From the NCBI GenBank assembly GCA_037131045.1, contig JBAXRV010000003.1, forward strand, positions 1 to 52,805: a DNA stretch of 52,805 nucleotides, written 5' to 3'. The stretch's first letter is position 1; the number at the start of each line of letters is the position of its first letter. This DNA comes from Actinomycetes bacterium. GTDB lineage: Bacteria > Actinomycetota > Actinomycetes > S36-B12 > UBA5976. Shown here piece after piece: positions 21,164 to 31,177 of this stretch. A model generated the notes under the pieces. It did no database searches. It was not told the DNA's origin and worked only from the letters and a program-made list of their open reading frames with translations. Made by a program: the position numbers and the translations under genes.

Positions 21164-21532
21164 CTAATCCCACTCAAGTCCGCCGCGGCGCCACACGAAG
21201 GCATACGCAGCGAGAACTGTCAGCATAAAGATGATCATTTCGACTAATCCAAAAAGTCCGAGCGAATCAAATGTCACGGCCCATGGATACAAGAACACAA
21301 TTTCAATATCAAACACAATGAACAGCATTGCTGTGAGGTAGTACTTAACCGGGAACTTGCCGCCACCTAGAGGTTGCGGTGTTGGTTGAATGCCACATTC
21401 GTAGGCTTCAAGCTTGGCTCGGTTGTAGCGTTTTGGGCCAGTAATAGTCGCTGTCACGACAGAGAACGCAGCAAATCCGAACGCTAAAAGTCCAAGGAAG
21501 AGAATTGGCAAGTACACATTTCCTTGACCCAT
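21164..21532 (-). CDS. nuoA: NADH-quinone oxidoreductase subunit A
   Basis: 122 aa with 3 TM segments. First gene of the operon, preceded by a 261-nt leader. Confidence 0.92.
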   Translation of the reverse strand: MGQGNVYLPILFLGLLAFGFAAFSVVTATITGPKRYNRAKLEAYECGIQPTPQPLGGGKFPVKYYLTAMLFIVFDIEIVFLYPWAVTFDSLGLFGLVEMIIFMLTVLAAYAFVWRRGGLEWD

Positions 21533-21650
21533 GTCATGTCACCTGCCCATCTGGTTGCGCTGTGTTCCCGAGCCCGCCTCATGGTTCGGCTATGCCGGCA
21601 AACCAATCCTAGAGCGCAAGAAGCCTTGTAAATTGCACTCCTTGTGCGTT

Positions 21651-21666
21651 TGTGAAAACTTTCACT
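21651..21666. promoter_or_regulatory. candidate CRP/GlxR-family operator in the nuoA upstream region
   Basis: TGTGA-AAACTT-TCACT matches 9 of 10 positions of the TGTGA-N6-TCACA consensus. It is centred about 126 nt upstream of the nuoA ATG. Confidence 0.4.
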
Positions 21667-21793
21667 AACGCAATGTCAGTTTAGCCATCTCTGGAGTCGC
21701 GTCGTCGGGAACCCACCTCATGTGATGAACCTGACCACACCAACCTCTTCTATTCGGTGCAGCCCTTAGCGGGTGGAAGTACGCAATCGCGAA

Positions 21794-22483
21794 TTACTTC
21801 GTAGCGCGATGCAACGCAACAATTCCGCCCGTGAGGTTACGCCACTCACATGATTGCCAGCCCGCCTGACGAATCAAGGCAGCTAACTCACTTTGATTTG
21901 GCCAGGCTCGAATTGATTCAGCTAAATAGATATAAGCCTCTGGATCGCTAGATACCCGAGCTGCCACAGCAGGCAAAGCTTTCATGAGGTACTCCATGTA
22001 CAGGGTGCGAAACGGGGACCATGTGGGGTGACTAAATTCGCATACAACCAGACGCCCACCGGGCTTAGTTACTCGGAACATTTCCTGCAACCCTTTGAGG
22101 GTGTTGTTGACGTTACGCAAACCAAACGAAATCGTCACTGCATCAAACTCACCATCAGCAAACGGCAAGTTCAAGGCATCTCCTTGAACAAATGTCAGGT
22201 GCGGGTAACGGCGTTTGCCAACCTCGATCATTCCTGCACTGAAGTCGCACGCCACTGGGTGCGCGCCCGCTTGAAAGAACGGCTGGGTGCTCGTGCCCGT
22301 ACCAGCAGCAAGATCCAAAATTCGCTCGCCAGGTTGCGGATTAACGGCGCCAAGCACTGCCTTGCGCCACGAACGCGTTTGGCCCAACGACAGTACGTCA
22401 TTGGTGATGTCGTACTTTTCCGCGACTTTGTCGAACATCGCAGCAACGTCCTGCGGTTCTTTGTTTAAATCGGGCCTAGTCAC
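21794..22483 (-). CDS. menG: demethylmenaquinone methyltransferase (UbiE/MenG family)
   Basis: 229 aa. SAM motif [12 protein letters not shown] and UbiE-type N-terminus [25 protein letters not shown]. Confidence 0.9.
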   Translation of the reverse strand: MTRPDLNKEPQDVAAMFDKVAEKYDITNDVLSLGQTRSWRKAVLGAVNPQPGERILDLAAGTGTSTQPFFQAGAHPVACDFSAGMIEVGKRRYPHLTFVQGDALNLPFADGEFDAVTISFGLRNVNNTLKGLQEMFRVTKPGGRLVVCEFSHPTWSPFRTLYMEYLMKALPAVAARVSSDPEAYIYLAESIRAWPNQSELAALIRQAGWQSCEWRNLTGGIVALHRATK

Positions 22484-22557
22484 GGCACTAGTCTGCCATC
22501 AATGTGCCAATCCAGCCCACTGCCCAGATTGCTAATTGGCTCTAGGCTGGAGTTGTT

Positions 22558-23835
22558 ATGAGCATTGCGGCATCCGCGTCAACAGACGCAGCAACCGACC
22601 AGCACGTTGTGCGAGTTATTGCCATACCCGACATTCCAAATTTGCTTTCGCTACTTGGTGAAGCTGGCGGATTGTCATGGGTGCGTGGACCACAAGATAA
22701 CCAACACGGCATCGTGGCGTGGGGAGAAGTTGACCGCATCGAGCTTGACGGTCCCGAACGTTTTAGTCGAGCACAACGCTGGTGGTCCGCATGGTGTGCA
22801 AAGACACAGGGTGACAAGCCAATTGCGTTCGCCTCATTTGCATTTTCATCTCAACCAGGTTTTTCCGTTGTCATCGTTCCGCAGATTGCTGTGCGCCGAG
22901 TTTCTCATCACACCGAACTCATCGTCACAGGTACCGCAAGCACAATCAGTGGGTTAGTGGAAGCAGCCCTGACATTTGTTACCCGTCCGCATGCCATCCG
23001 AAATGAAATGGGCGAAGTAACGTGGGGCGATGGCACCCGATCTGTGGCCGACTGGCAAGCAACTGTTGACACCGCGATTAACCGAATCACTTCTGGGGAA
23101 CTCGACAAGGTTGTTCTGGCACGTGACGTGGTTGCACATCTGGACGCACCAGTACACATTGGGGCGCTACTCAACCGCCTAAACGCTTCTTATCCAGAAT
23201 GCTGGACATTCGCAGTCGATGGCCTCGTCGGTGCCACACCTGAATTACTGGTGCGCCGCAATGGCGAACACGTAACAAGTCGTGTTCTTGCAGGAACCGT
23301 GCGTCGAAGCAGCGACTCAGATCGAGATGGCGCACTTGCTGCAGCATTGCTTGGGTCAGACAAAGATCAAGAGGAACATACCTACGCTGTTGAATCAGTG
23401 GCTGCGGCGCTTGCAAGCCACTGCACGGACTTGGTAGTTCCAAACCAACCTTTTATTTTGCAGCTAGCAAACGTTCAACACCTGGCAACAGATGTGACAG
23501 GTCAGTTAGTAGATGCCTCACCTGCACTGGCGTTAGCGGCTTCACTGCATCCAACGGCCGCCGTCTGCGGCACACCAACAGAGCGAGCCAAGTTAGTGAT
23601 TAAAGAAATTGAAGGCATGGATCGCGGTAGATACTCCGGCCCTGTGGGATGGATTGATCGTGATGGCGATGGCGAATTTGGAATCGCATTGCGCTGCGCC
23701 CAGATTGAAAACTCGCAACGCACCACGCTACGTCTTTTTGCAGGCTGTGGGATTGTCGCGGGTTCAACCAGTGAATCCGAAGTTGCTGAATCTAACGCTA
23801 AATTTGCGGCCATGCGCAATGCGCTCACTCGTTAA
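22558..23835 (+). CDS. menF: isochorismate synthase
   Basis: 425 aa. Chorismate-binding C-terminal core GTPTERA..IKEIEGMDRGRYSGPVGWID..GDGEFGIALRCA. A GGAG SD lies 5 nt before the ATG. Confidence 0.88.
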   Translation: MSIAASASTDAATDQHVVRVIAIPDIPNLLSLLGEAGGLSWVRGPQDNQHGIVAWGEVDRIELDGPERFSRAQRWWSAWCAKTQGDKPIAFASFAFSSQPGFSVVIVPQIAVRRVSHHTELIVTGTASTISGLVEAALTFVTRPHAIRNEMGEVTWGDGTRSVADWQATVDTAINRITSGELDKVVLARDVVAHLDAPVHIGALLNRLNASYPECWTFAVDGLVGATPELLVRRNGEHVTSRVLAGTVRRSSDSDRDGALAAALLGSDKDQEEHTYAVESVAAALASHCTDLVVPNQPFILQLANVQHLATDVTGQLVDASPALALAASLHPTAAVCGTPTERAKLVIKEIEGMDRGRYSGPVGWIDRDGDGEFGIALRCAQIENSQRTTLRLFAGCGIVAGSTSESEVAESNAKFAAMRNALTR

Positions 23836-23869
23836 TGACATTTGGGCTTTAACTTTTATTTCTTCTGCT

Positions 23870-25060
23870 TTATGCAGTAACGGGTATCGATTCCCAGCCA
23901 CGCAAAACAAAAGTCGGACGCTGTACTGGTGTACCAGCAAGCTTTAAAGTCGCAAACTCCTCAAACAACATTGGCAGTGATGTGAGCATCTCTAGTCGCG
24001 CTAAGGGAGCACCAATACAAAAATGAATCCCTGCGCCAAAAGCAATGTGCGGGTTGGTTTCGCGAGTGATGTCGAAGGTATCAACATTGTCAAAGACTTC
24101 GCCGTCACGATTAGCTGAACCCAGCAGTGCTGCAGCCCGTTGGCCAACCTTGATAACAGTGTTTCCAATCTGAGTGTCTTGCGTAGCTGTGCGATCAAAA
24201 AGGTGCAGTGGCGAGTCAAAGCGCATGAACTCTTCTAATGCTGTTGCGCTGTGCTTGCGAGGTTGTAGCGCCAATAGTTCATGCTGCTCAGGGTTACGGA
24301 ACAACGAAACTATTCCATTTCCAAAACCATTCACAGACGCTTCATGGCCTGCATTAAGTAGCAGCACGCACATCGCAATCAGTTCATGCTCATTGAGCCG
24401 CTCGCCTTGCTCTTCAACTTCTACTAACGCCGTGATCAAATCATCTTGCGGGTCTACCTTGCGTTGAGCTGCCAGTAGTGCGATGTATTCGCTGAAGTCC
24501 CTGCCGGCTGCTTGAGCAGCAAGTTCCTGCTCGCGGGTGCGACCGAACTCATACATTTTGACAATGTCCTGAGACCAGCGACGAAGATCAGCGCCTTTGT
24601 CACGTGGCACACCAAGTAAATCGGCAATGACCAATACCGGAAGTGGCTCGGCATAGTCAGCAAGAACGTCGAATGCACCGTCGCTGGCAAGTCTGCTGCG
24701 CGCGCCAGCAAGAAGCTCCTCACATAACTGTGTGATGTTCGGTTGCAAAGCACTGATCCGACCCGGAGTGAAAGCCTTTTGTACTAACGAACGAAGCCGA
24801 GTGTGCTTAGGCGGTTCACTATCCAAAATGGAATCAGAATGCAGCCAGTTAAAAATGTCCCATTCATCCTGCGGCTGTAATGGGTTATAAATCCGTCCCA
24901 TGGTCTTGGCTCGTAGAACCGCATTTGCTGTGGCATGAGTTGGTGCCAACCACATGTCAAGTTGCTCACTCCATACAAGTTCTCCTGATTCGCGCAATTG
25001 CGAATACAAAGGATATGGATTTGCGACCACATCTGGGTCCTGCATGTTGATGTCGACCAT
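23870..25060 (-). CDS. cytochrome P450
   Basis: 396 aa. Heme loop FGAGIHFCIGAPLAR, ExxR (EFMR) and I-helix LLLNAGHEASVN. Confidence 0.92.
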   Translation of the reverse strand: MVDINMQDPDVVANPYPLYSQLRESGELVWSEQLDMWLAPTHATANAVLRAKTMGRIYNPLQPQDEWDIFNWLHSDSILDSEPPKHTRLRSLVQKAFTPGRISALQPNITQLCEELLAGARSRLASDGAFDVLADYAEPLPVLVIADLLGVPRDKGADLRRWSQDIVKMYEFGRTREQELAAQAAGRDFSEYIALLAAQRKVDPQDDLITALVEVEEQGERLNEHELIAMCVLLLNAGHEASVNGFGNGIVSLFRNPEQHELLALQPRKHSATALEEFMRFDSPLHLFDRTATQDTQIGNTVIKVGQRAAALLGSANRDGEVFDNVDTFDITRETNPHIAFGAGIHFCIGAPLARLEMLTSLPMLFEEFATLKLAGTPVQRPTFVLRGWESIPVTA

Positions 25061-25088
25061 AGGTCTATTGAACTACTGTGCAGAGTAA

Positions 25089-25508
25089 CTAGTGCGACGT
25101 GGGAGGGTTTTCTTCTTTGTAACCCATCGACTTGATGGGTAGCGTGATGATGTATAACAAACCAATAAAGAGGCAGATTCCGATCAAAATCCAACGCACC
25201 CGGGAAAGTTCACCAGGACCTAGGTAAATGATGCCCGCCATTGCGCCCTCGATCAGAATTGAGAGCACCGCCACGCTACGAAATGTGGGATCGGCTGCGT
25301 TGCGCGACGTGGTCCCCTGGTTAATTGACAAGGCAATCATGAGAACACCCATGAACATGAAGAGCCATTGCACATTATCTGTGGGGGCAAGCGTGAGTTT
25401 ACTAAGTGCTTCAAGCGGTTTAGCCAAAGAGTAGACGCCCGCAATAAAGAACAAAATTGCGGAGATCACCATGACGAGCCGGCTGAGTCGATACCGTGAG
25501 TTGCGCAT
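25089..25508 (-). CDS. hypothetical small membrane protein (about 4 TM)
   Basis: 139-aa hydrophobic ORF 28 nt downstream of the P450 on the same strand. No motif recognised. Confidence 0.55.
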   Translation of the reverse strand: MRNSRYRLSRLVMVISAILFFIAGVYSLAKPLEALSKLTLAPTDNVQWLFMFMGVLMIALSINQGTTSRNAADPTFRSVAVLSILIEGAMAGIIYLGPGELSRVRWILIGICLFIGLLYIITLPIKSMGYKEENPPTSH

Positions 25509-25581
25509 GCGCCAAGTTTAGGTCAACCCCAACCCCGCGCGTACCTGAGTGCCAAAACTCAAGTGTCAATAGCATTAAGCC

Positions 25582-28572
25582 ATGAACTCAGACGACGCTG
25601 CTGCACTTGTTCTCGCCCACTATGGATTATCGGTGACCTGTACACCTTTAGCGGGCGAACGAGACCTCAACTTCAAATGCATCACTAATCCAAGCAGCCC
25701 CGATAACAGTGCCGAAGAGTACATATTTAAAGTGCAAGCGCAGCAAGAATCTAAGTTGATCGCTGCGCAGAATCAGTTACTAGAGTTTCTAGAATCCGAT
25801 CGAGGTCATGCAGCTGTATCTGGGGTGACATTAACTGAACCACGTTTAATCTCTGCGGTAAATGGTGAGCGGTTAGTAAATCTGGACGACAATCGAATTG
25901 GTCGACTACTTACGTGGGTTCCAGGAACAATGTGGTCTGACGAACAAACCCACAATGACATCCAGCTCAGCTCACTTGGGATGGCCGTGGCACAACTGGA
26001 CAAAGCACTTGCGCAATTTCCTGCGCCTCAGGACTTTGCATCGCACAGCTTTGGTTGGAACGTATTACAGACCGAGAATCTTGTTTCGCACATCGAATTA
26101 ATCGCCGATGAGTCAGTGCGGGCAGTGGTGCGCACGATTCTGACGGATTTCGTGGAAAACGTGTTACCGATTTTAAAAGCGATGCCTCACCAAGTCATTC
26201 ACAACGACGGCAACGATAACAACATCGTGATGTCAGGCAACAACGTCACTTCTCTGATTGACTTCGGCGACATCATTGTGGCCCCCCGGATTTGTGGATT
26301 AGCTGTGGCCTGCGCATATGGGATTGAGCATGACAACGATCCCATTTTTGGATTATTGCCACTCGTTGCGGGCTATCACCAAATCGCTCCCCTGCGCGCT
26401 GAGGAACTGGAAATTTTGTTCCCACTCATCAAGACTCGGATAGCAACAAGCATCGTGATGGCTGCCATACAAAGTGCGGCAGCGCCTGGAAATGAGTACC
26501 TCCTCATCAGCCAAGCCAAATTCAATCGGCTCGTGATGCTCCTTGCCGCAACATCGCACGATCACAGCCACTTTAGATTCCGAAATGCCTGCGGCTACGA
26601 AGGTTGTCCAACAAGTCGCGCTGTGCGACATTGGCTACAAACAGGTATCCCACGTATTGCCGATGTAGTGATGCCACCACTTGAACAGACCGCCAAGATT
26701 TGGTTTGACTGGTCCATCACTGGACACGGCGCGCCTAAAACGGCTGATGAGATAGCAGCAGCGATGCGCGATGCTGGTGCGGCACTTGCAATCGGAAACT
26801 TCTGCGAAGACCGAAATGTCTACGAAGGTGACAACTACGAAGTTGCAAGCGCTACTCGTCGAACAGTTCACTTAGGCGTTGATCTATTTGCACCTGCAGG
26901 AACGCCAGTGTATGCAGCACTTGATGGAGTGGTTGAACTCTTTAACGATAATTTTGCGCCTTTGGATTATGGACCAGTCATTGTGTTGCGACACGAAACT
27001 GGTGACGGAATTCCGTTCTGGACGTTGTATGGACACTTGTCACGACCATCACTTGTTCCGCTGTTCATCGGCAAGCCCATTGCAGCTGGGGATCAAATCG
27101 CGACGATGGGCGAAGAGTTTGAAAATGTTGGTTGGGCACCACACACCCACTTCCAACTGTTAACGTCGCTCGTCGATATGGGTGTCGATGTATACGGAGT
27201 CGCGCCACTCAATGAATTGCCGCTGTGGCGCAGCATCTCGCCAAATCCAAACATCGTGCTGCGTCTGGCCGAAGGTACTGACTCGCATGCTCACTTGGCT
27301 GCGACAACCTTGGCGCAAGAACGCAAAGTGGTGTTGTCTCGGGCCTTGAGTTTGAATTTCCGCGACCCAATTGAAATTGTTCGAGGTGAAGGCGCATACC
27401 TGTTTGATAACAGCGGCCGACCATTCCTGGATCTCGTTAACAATGTTGCACATGTTGGACATAGCCATCCTCGCGTCGTGCGAGCTGGCCAAGAGCAAAT
27501 GGCTTTGCTGAACACAAACACCCGGTATCTGAATCAACACGCAATTGAATACGCCCGATCGTTAGCGTCAACCTTGCCTGATCCACTCAATGTTGTGTTC
27601 TTTGTAAATAGCGGAAGTGAAGCAAACGACTTAGCCCTTCGACTTGCTCGCACACATACCAAAGCGCACGGAATGGTAGTTCTCGACCACGCCTACCACG
27701 GACACATCACAAGCATCATCGACATCAGCCCCTATAAGTTCGCACGTAAAGGTGGAACTGGTCGTCCTGATCATGTTCGTGTCGTGCCAACACCCGATAG
27801 TTACAAAGGACTGCACCGCGGCGCAGACGCTGGAATAAAGTACGCAGCTGAATTCGACACACAACTTGCTGACCTTGGAATGCCGTTGTGCGCATTCATT
27901 AGCGAGTCAATCGTCAGTACTGCTGGACAAATTACGTTGGCCGATGGATTTTTGCCGCTTGCCTACAAGAATGCGCGCGCTGCTGGCGGTGTGTGTATTG
28001 CTGATGAAGTGCAAATTGGTATGGGTCGCGTCGGTGAGCACTTCTGGGGCTTTGAGCTACATGGTGTTATTCCAGACATTGTCACTATTGGAAAGCCATT
28101 GGGTAACGGACATCCCATTGCCGCTGTTGTGACCACTCCTGAAATTGCAACGTCATTTATCAATGGGATGGAATACTTCAATACTTTTGGTGGTAATCCA
28201 GTTTCAGCCGCAATCGGACAGGCTGTACTTGACGTTGTCACCGAACAAGGTCTGCAAGCAAACGCTCGACACATGGGCAACTATTTGATGGACAACGTGC
28301 GCACATTGAGCCACTCCATTGATGCCATCGGTGACGTGCGAGGAAGTGGGCTGTTTATCGGAGTTGAACTTGTCACAGATCCGGCAACACAAACTCCGGC
28401 AACACAGCTCACTGATGACTTAATCCAGTTTGCTAAAGAACGTGGCATCTTCTTATCGTGCGATGGACCGGACAACAATGTGTTAAAGATCAAGCCACCG
28501 CTCGTAGTTTCCCAGAGCGACATTGACTTGTTTTTATCAGTATTTGAAGATGGGCTTAAGTCGTTACGATAA
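25582..28572 (+). CDS. tri-domain fusion: APH/hydroxylysine-kinase-like phosphotransferase + M23 (LytM) metallopeptidase domain + class-III aminotransferase fold of the AGXT2L (phospho-lyase) type
   Basis: 996 aa in a single frame.
- Kinase domain: HNDGNDNN (HxDxxxxN) and IDFGD.
- M23 domain: HLGVD (HxxxD), YGHL and HTHFQL (HxH).
- PLP domain: [34 protein letters not shown] and [22 protein letters not shown]. This closely matches the AGXT2L1/2 segment as I remember it. Confidence 0.85.
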   Translation: MNSDDAAALVLAHYGLSVTCTPLAGERDLNFKCITNPSSPDNSAEEYIFKVQAQQESKLIAAQNQLLEFLESDRGHAAVSGVTLTEPRLISAVNGERLVNLDDNRIGRLLTWVPGTMWSDEQTHNDIQLSSLGMAVAQLDKALAQFPAPQDFASHSFGWNVLQTENLVSHIELIADESVRAVVRTILTDFVENVLPILKAMPHQVIHNDGNDNNIVMSGNNVTSLIDFGDIIVAPRICGLAVACAYGIEHDNDPIFGLLPLVAGYHQIAPLRAEELEILFPLIKTRIATSIVMAAIQSAAAPGNEYLLISQAKFNRLVMLLAATSHDHSHFRFRNACGYEGCPTSRAVRHWLQTGIPRIADVVMPPLEQTAKIWFDWSITGHGAPKTADEIAAAMRDAGAALAIGNFCEDRNVYEGDNYEVASATRRTVHLGVDLFAPAGTPVYAALDGVVELFNDNFAPLDYGPVIVLRHETGDGIPFWTLYGHLSRPSLVPLFIGKPIAAGDQIATMGEEFENVGWAPHTHFQLLTSLVDMGVDVYGVAPLNELPLWRSISPNPNIVLRLAEGTDSHAHLAATTLAQERKVVLSRALSLNFRDPIEIVRGEGAYLFDNSGRPFLDLVNNVAHVGHSHPRVVRAGQEQMALLNTNTRYLNQHAIEYARSLASTLPDPLNVVFFVNSGSEANDLALRLARTHTKAHGMVVLDHAYHGHITSIIDISPYKFARKGGTGRPDHVRVVPTPDSYKGLHRGADAGIKYAAEFDTQLADLGMPLCAFISESIVSTAGQITLADGFLPLAYKNARAAGGVCIADEVQIGMGRVGEHFWGFELHGVIPDIVTIGKPLGNGHPIAAVVTTPEIATSFINGMEYFNTFGGNPVSAAIGQAVLDVVTEQGLQANARHMGNYLMDNVRTLSHSIDAIGDVRGSGLFIGVELVTDPATQTPATQLTDDLIQFAKERGIFLSCDGPDNNVLKIKPPLVVSQSDIDLFLSVFEDGLKSLR

Positions 28573-28578
28573 CGGCGA

Positions 28579-29469
28579 CTAGCGCTGGCTGAGTCCGAGT
28601 TCGAGCAACACAATGTCGGACTCAGGACTTCCTGGCACTGGAGCATCGGGATTTCGAGCTGGACACACTTTTTCAAATGCACAGTAATCACACAACCACT
28701 GCACCCGAGCGTCCCACGAGGAATTAATCACATCCTGTTTAGAGTCTGCATGCATCACAGCAAGTTTCTCGCCCATCGAAATCATGATCGCCTGATCCGT
28801 TGGACGGCGCACAATCTCTTGGGCGTTCAAGAAAATGAGTTCAACTTCATCGATGTCAATGTCTAGTTGGGTCTTAAACGCCAAAGCGTAGAGATATGGC
28901 TGTGCCAACTTGTCATCAATGTAACGACCGGGGCTTTTTCCAGTCTTATAGTCGGTCACTCGGTTAATACCATCTGTTGTAAAACGATCAACTTTGCCGA
29001 AGAAATTCACTCCGTTGATATCAACAGTGAGTTCCATCTCGAGATGTTCAGGTAAGACAACAACGTGCACCGGGTCTTCTAGTCGAAAAAGATTCTCAAC
29101 CGCTTCGCGAATTTGCACCTTTACCGCGTTATTTGATTCAAAGGGTTTGTATTCGGGCTTTCGCATCATGCGACCACCATGCTCGCGCAATAGCTCAATT
29201 GCCGTTTCAAGTGTGCGCTCTTGTGCTGGCAGACGATAAATCTGTTCAATCACTTCATGTGCAATCGAGCCAGTTGCTAGCGCCGCAGTGGGCGATTCAC
29301 GCCAGCCGCCTAAGTAACTGAAATAGAACTTGAGGCCGCACTGTTGGTACAGCGACATTTGTGAATACGAAACTCGGCGAGGAACTGAAGCACCAGGTTG
29401 TTGGACCACATCAACTCGTAATGACTTATCGGACAAACCAAGCTCCTGTGTGCGTACCGGCGATTTCAA
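28579..29469 (-). CDS. PD-(D/E)XK nuclease with Cas4/AddB-type Fe-S cysteines (RecB-family exonuclease)
   Basis: 296 aa. Nuclease motifs GKVDRF and VTDYKTGK, plus a QxxxY motif (LAQPYLYAL). One N-terminal Cys (QQCGLKF) and a C-terminal CDYCAFEKVC. Confidence 0.8.
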   Translation of the reverse strand: MKSPVRTQELGLSDKSLRVDVVQQPGASVPRRVSYSQMSLYQQCGLKFYFSYLGGWRESPTAALATGSIAHEVIEQIYRLPAQERTLETAIELLREHGGRMMRKPEYKPFESNNAVKVQIREAVENLFRLEDPVHVVVLPEHLEMELTVDINGVNFFGKVDRFTTDGINRVTDYKTGKSPGRYIDDKLAQPYLYALAFKTQLDIDIDEVELIFLNAQEIVRRPTDQAIMISMGEKLAVMHADSKQDVINSSWDARVQWLCDYCAFEKVCPARNPDAPVPGSPESDIVLLELGLSQR

Positions 29470-29511
29470 TTTTCCTTAACCGTACTGCCTTAAACAGACA
29501 TCGGCATGAAT

Positions 29512-30642
29512 TCAACGCACTTGCGTGATGCGATCAAGTATCTGGTCGTGCGGCAAGGCAAATGAGGTATTACCATCACGTCCGACCATCGTGTCATTGT
29601 TGACGAGTGCATTAACTACTGCTTCTTCAACACATTGAACAACCGCTGTGAAGAATGGGTCCATGAAGTTCCACGGTACGAAATGCAAAGTGTGTAACGC
29701 TTCATCGTTCGATGAATTAACAGGGAAACCACTGGCTAGTTCACCGGCATCAGCCGTAGAAAAGGCCAAGAAAATATCACCGCTAAAGTGACCGCCAGCT
29801 GTACCAGTTCGGGCTAGACCCAACGGCACTCGTCTGGCAAGTGCGCGACATTGGTCAGGAAGCATAGGCGCGTTCGTGGCAACCACTGCGATGACAGAAC
29901 CAGCACCTGCAGGAACTACGCGCACTCGATCGTTATTGATCCATGTGGTCTGTCCCATAGGGAACGGCACATCGAGATCCTTCATCGAGACACCTGCAAT
30001 TCGAAGTTCATCGCGGTCGCCGAAATTGGCTTGCAAGAACACACCAACCACATAGTCCTGCCCACCAAAACTCACCACGCGCGACGAAGTGCCGTTGCCG
30101 CCTTTGTATCCGTAACAATTCATCCCAGTTCCACCACCGTGCGAACCTTCTAAGACTGCGCCTGTTGATGCCGACTCGATGGCCGCAATTGCATGATCTG
30201 TTGTCACATGAGGACCGTTAATGTCGTTGAGGTAGCCATCCCAGGTTTCAGCAACCACAGGTAGCAACCATTCGATGGCCGCTTCAGGATGATGCTTCTT
30301 TGTCCATTCAATTACTCCCCGATGAACTGTTCCAACAGCATGTGTGTTGGTAATCATCACAGGACCACTTAAGCCACCAGTCTCAGTAATCCAATGAGTA
30401 CCAGTCATTTCGCCATTGCCGTTCAAGGAATAGATTCCGGCAGGCACAGCATCACGCACTCGTTGCGGACCAACAGGAAGTATGGCGGTAACACCGGTGC
30501 GCACCGGGCCACCATCAATAACAAGCGGTCCGTCGCCGGAAATGATTGTGCTCATTCCAACCTGGACACCAGGAACATCTGTAATGGAATTCAACTGGGC
30601 AGGAGTTCCATCAAATGGGATTCCTAAGTCGCGAGCCCTCAT
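29512..30642 (-). CDS. P1/DmpA family (S58) aminopeptidase-like Ntn hydrolase
   Basis: N-terminus RARDLGIPFDG.P...NSITDVPGV.VG and an autoprocessing-region-like segment GYKGGNGTSS. ATG at 30642 has the SD AAGGAG; the longest ORF reaches 30657. Confidence 0.8.
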   Translation of the reverse strand: MRARDLGIPFDGTPAQLNSITDVPGVQVGMSTIISGDGPLVIDGGPVRTGVTAILPVGPQRVRDAVPAGIYSLNGNGEMTGTHWITETGGLSGPVMITNTHAVGTVHRGVIEWTKKHHPEAAIEWLLPVVAETWDGYLNDINGPHVTTDHAIAAIESASTGAVLEGSHGGGTGMNCYGYKGGNGTSSRVVSFGGQDYVVGVFLQANFGDRDELRIAGVSMKDLDVPFPMGQTTWINNDRVRVVPAGAGSVIAVVATNAPMLPDQCRALARRVPLGLARTGTAGGHFSGDIFLAFSTADAGELASGFPVNSSNDEALHTLHFVPWNFMDPFFTAVVQCVEEAVVNALVNNDTMVGRDGNTSFALPHDQILDRITQVR

Positions 30643-30700
30643 GTGCTCTCCTTGCATCTATTCACACATGGCATATGAATAGTACAAACTTACTCTCGCC

Positions 30701-31177
30701 TTATGTGTCGTAACCGTTCCATGCATCACGAAGATGACTCCTGGCACGAGAGAGCGCCGCAGATGCGCCGCCTTCACTTGTGCCCAATGCGGCCGCTAAC
30801 TCGCGCCCATTCAGGCCCTCCCAGGCTGCCAGACGCAGTACTTCACGATCTCGTTGTGCAACCGCGCTCCAGGCATGGACAAGTTTGTCGTTGGTGAGTA
30901 CCTCATCAGCAATGTCAGGTTCAAAGCCACTGATATCTAAATCGGTCGGGATGTCATCGTGCTTGCGATGAGCATTGGCCACGATGTTCCACGCACATCG
31001 GTATAGCCATGGAAGTTCAAACCCTGCGGGAATATCGTCAAGTTTGACCCATGCCAAGGAGAAAACTTCAGCCGTCAGGTCCTCGACATCACTTCCGCGA
31101 TGCCGACGTGAGATGTACCGATGAACTAGGTCCGCGTTGGTGGAAAAGAGATTTTCAAACTTTTCATGCCGTGACAC
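30701..31177 (-). CDS. ECF-type RNA polymerase sigma-70 family factor
   Basis: Region 2 (DVEDLTAEVFSLAW) and a region 4 HTH (REVLRLAAWEGLNGRELAAALGTSEGGASAALSRARSHLR). GTG at 31177 has the SD GAGGAG 5 nt upstream; the longest ORF begins with TTG at 31213. Confidence 0.85.
   Translation of the reverse strand: MSRHEKFENLFSTNADLVHRYISRRHRGSDVEDLTAEVFSLAWVKLDDIPAGFELPWLYRCAWNIVANAHRKHDDIPTDLDISGFEPDIADEVLTNDKLVHAWSAVAQRDREVLRLAAWEGLNGRELAAALGTSEGGASAALSRARSHLRDAWNGYDT

Noticed and set aside
21577-21723. Recurring CCTCATG(G/T) motif in respiratory-gene leaders: 21577-21584 and 21716-21723 in the nuo leader, and the reverse complement at 1460-1467 upstream of ndh
   Set aside because: A 7-8-mer is expected about once or twice by chance in 2 x 52.8 kb. 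I could not exclude further copies in coding regions by eye, and the orientation relative to the genes differs. The evidence is insufficient without a genome-wide count.
28579-29469. Cas4-like Fe-S nuclease as evidence of a CRISPR-Cas or defence locus
   Set aside because: The window has no repeat-spacer array and no other cas or defence-type genes (no helicase, methylase, ATPase or toxin partners). Stand-alone RecB-family Fe-S nucleases are common housekeeping genes in actinobacteria.
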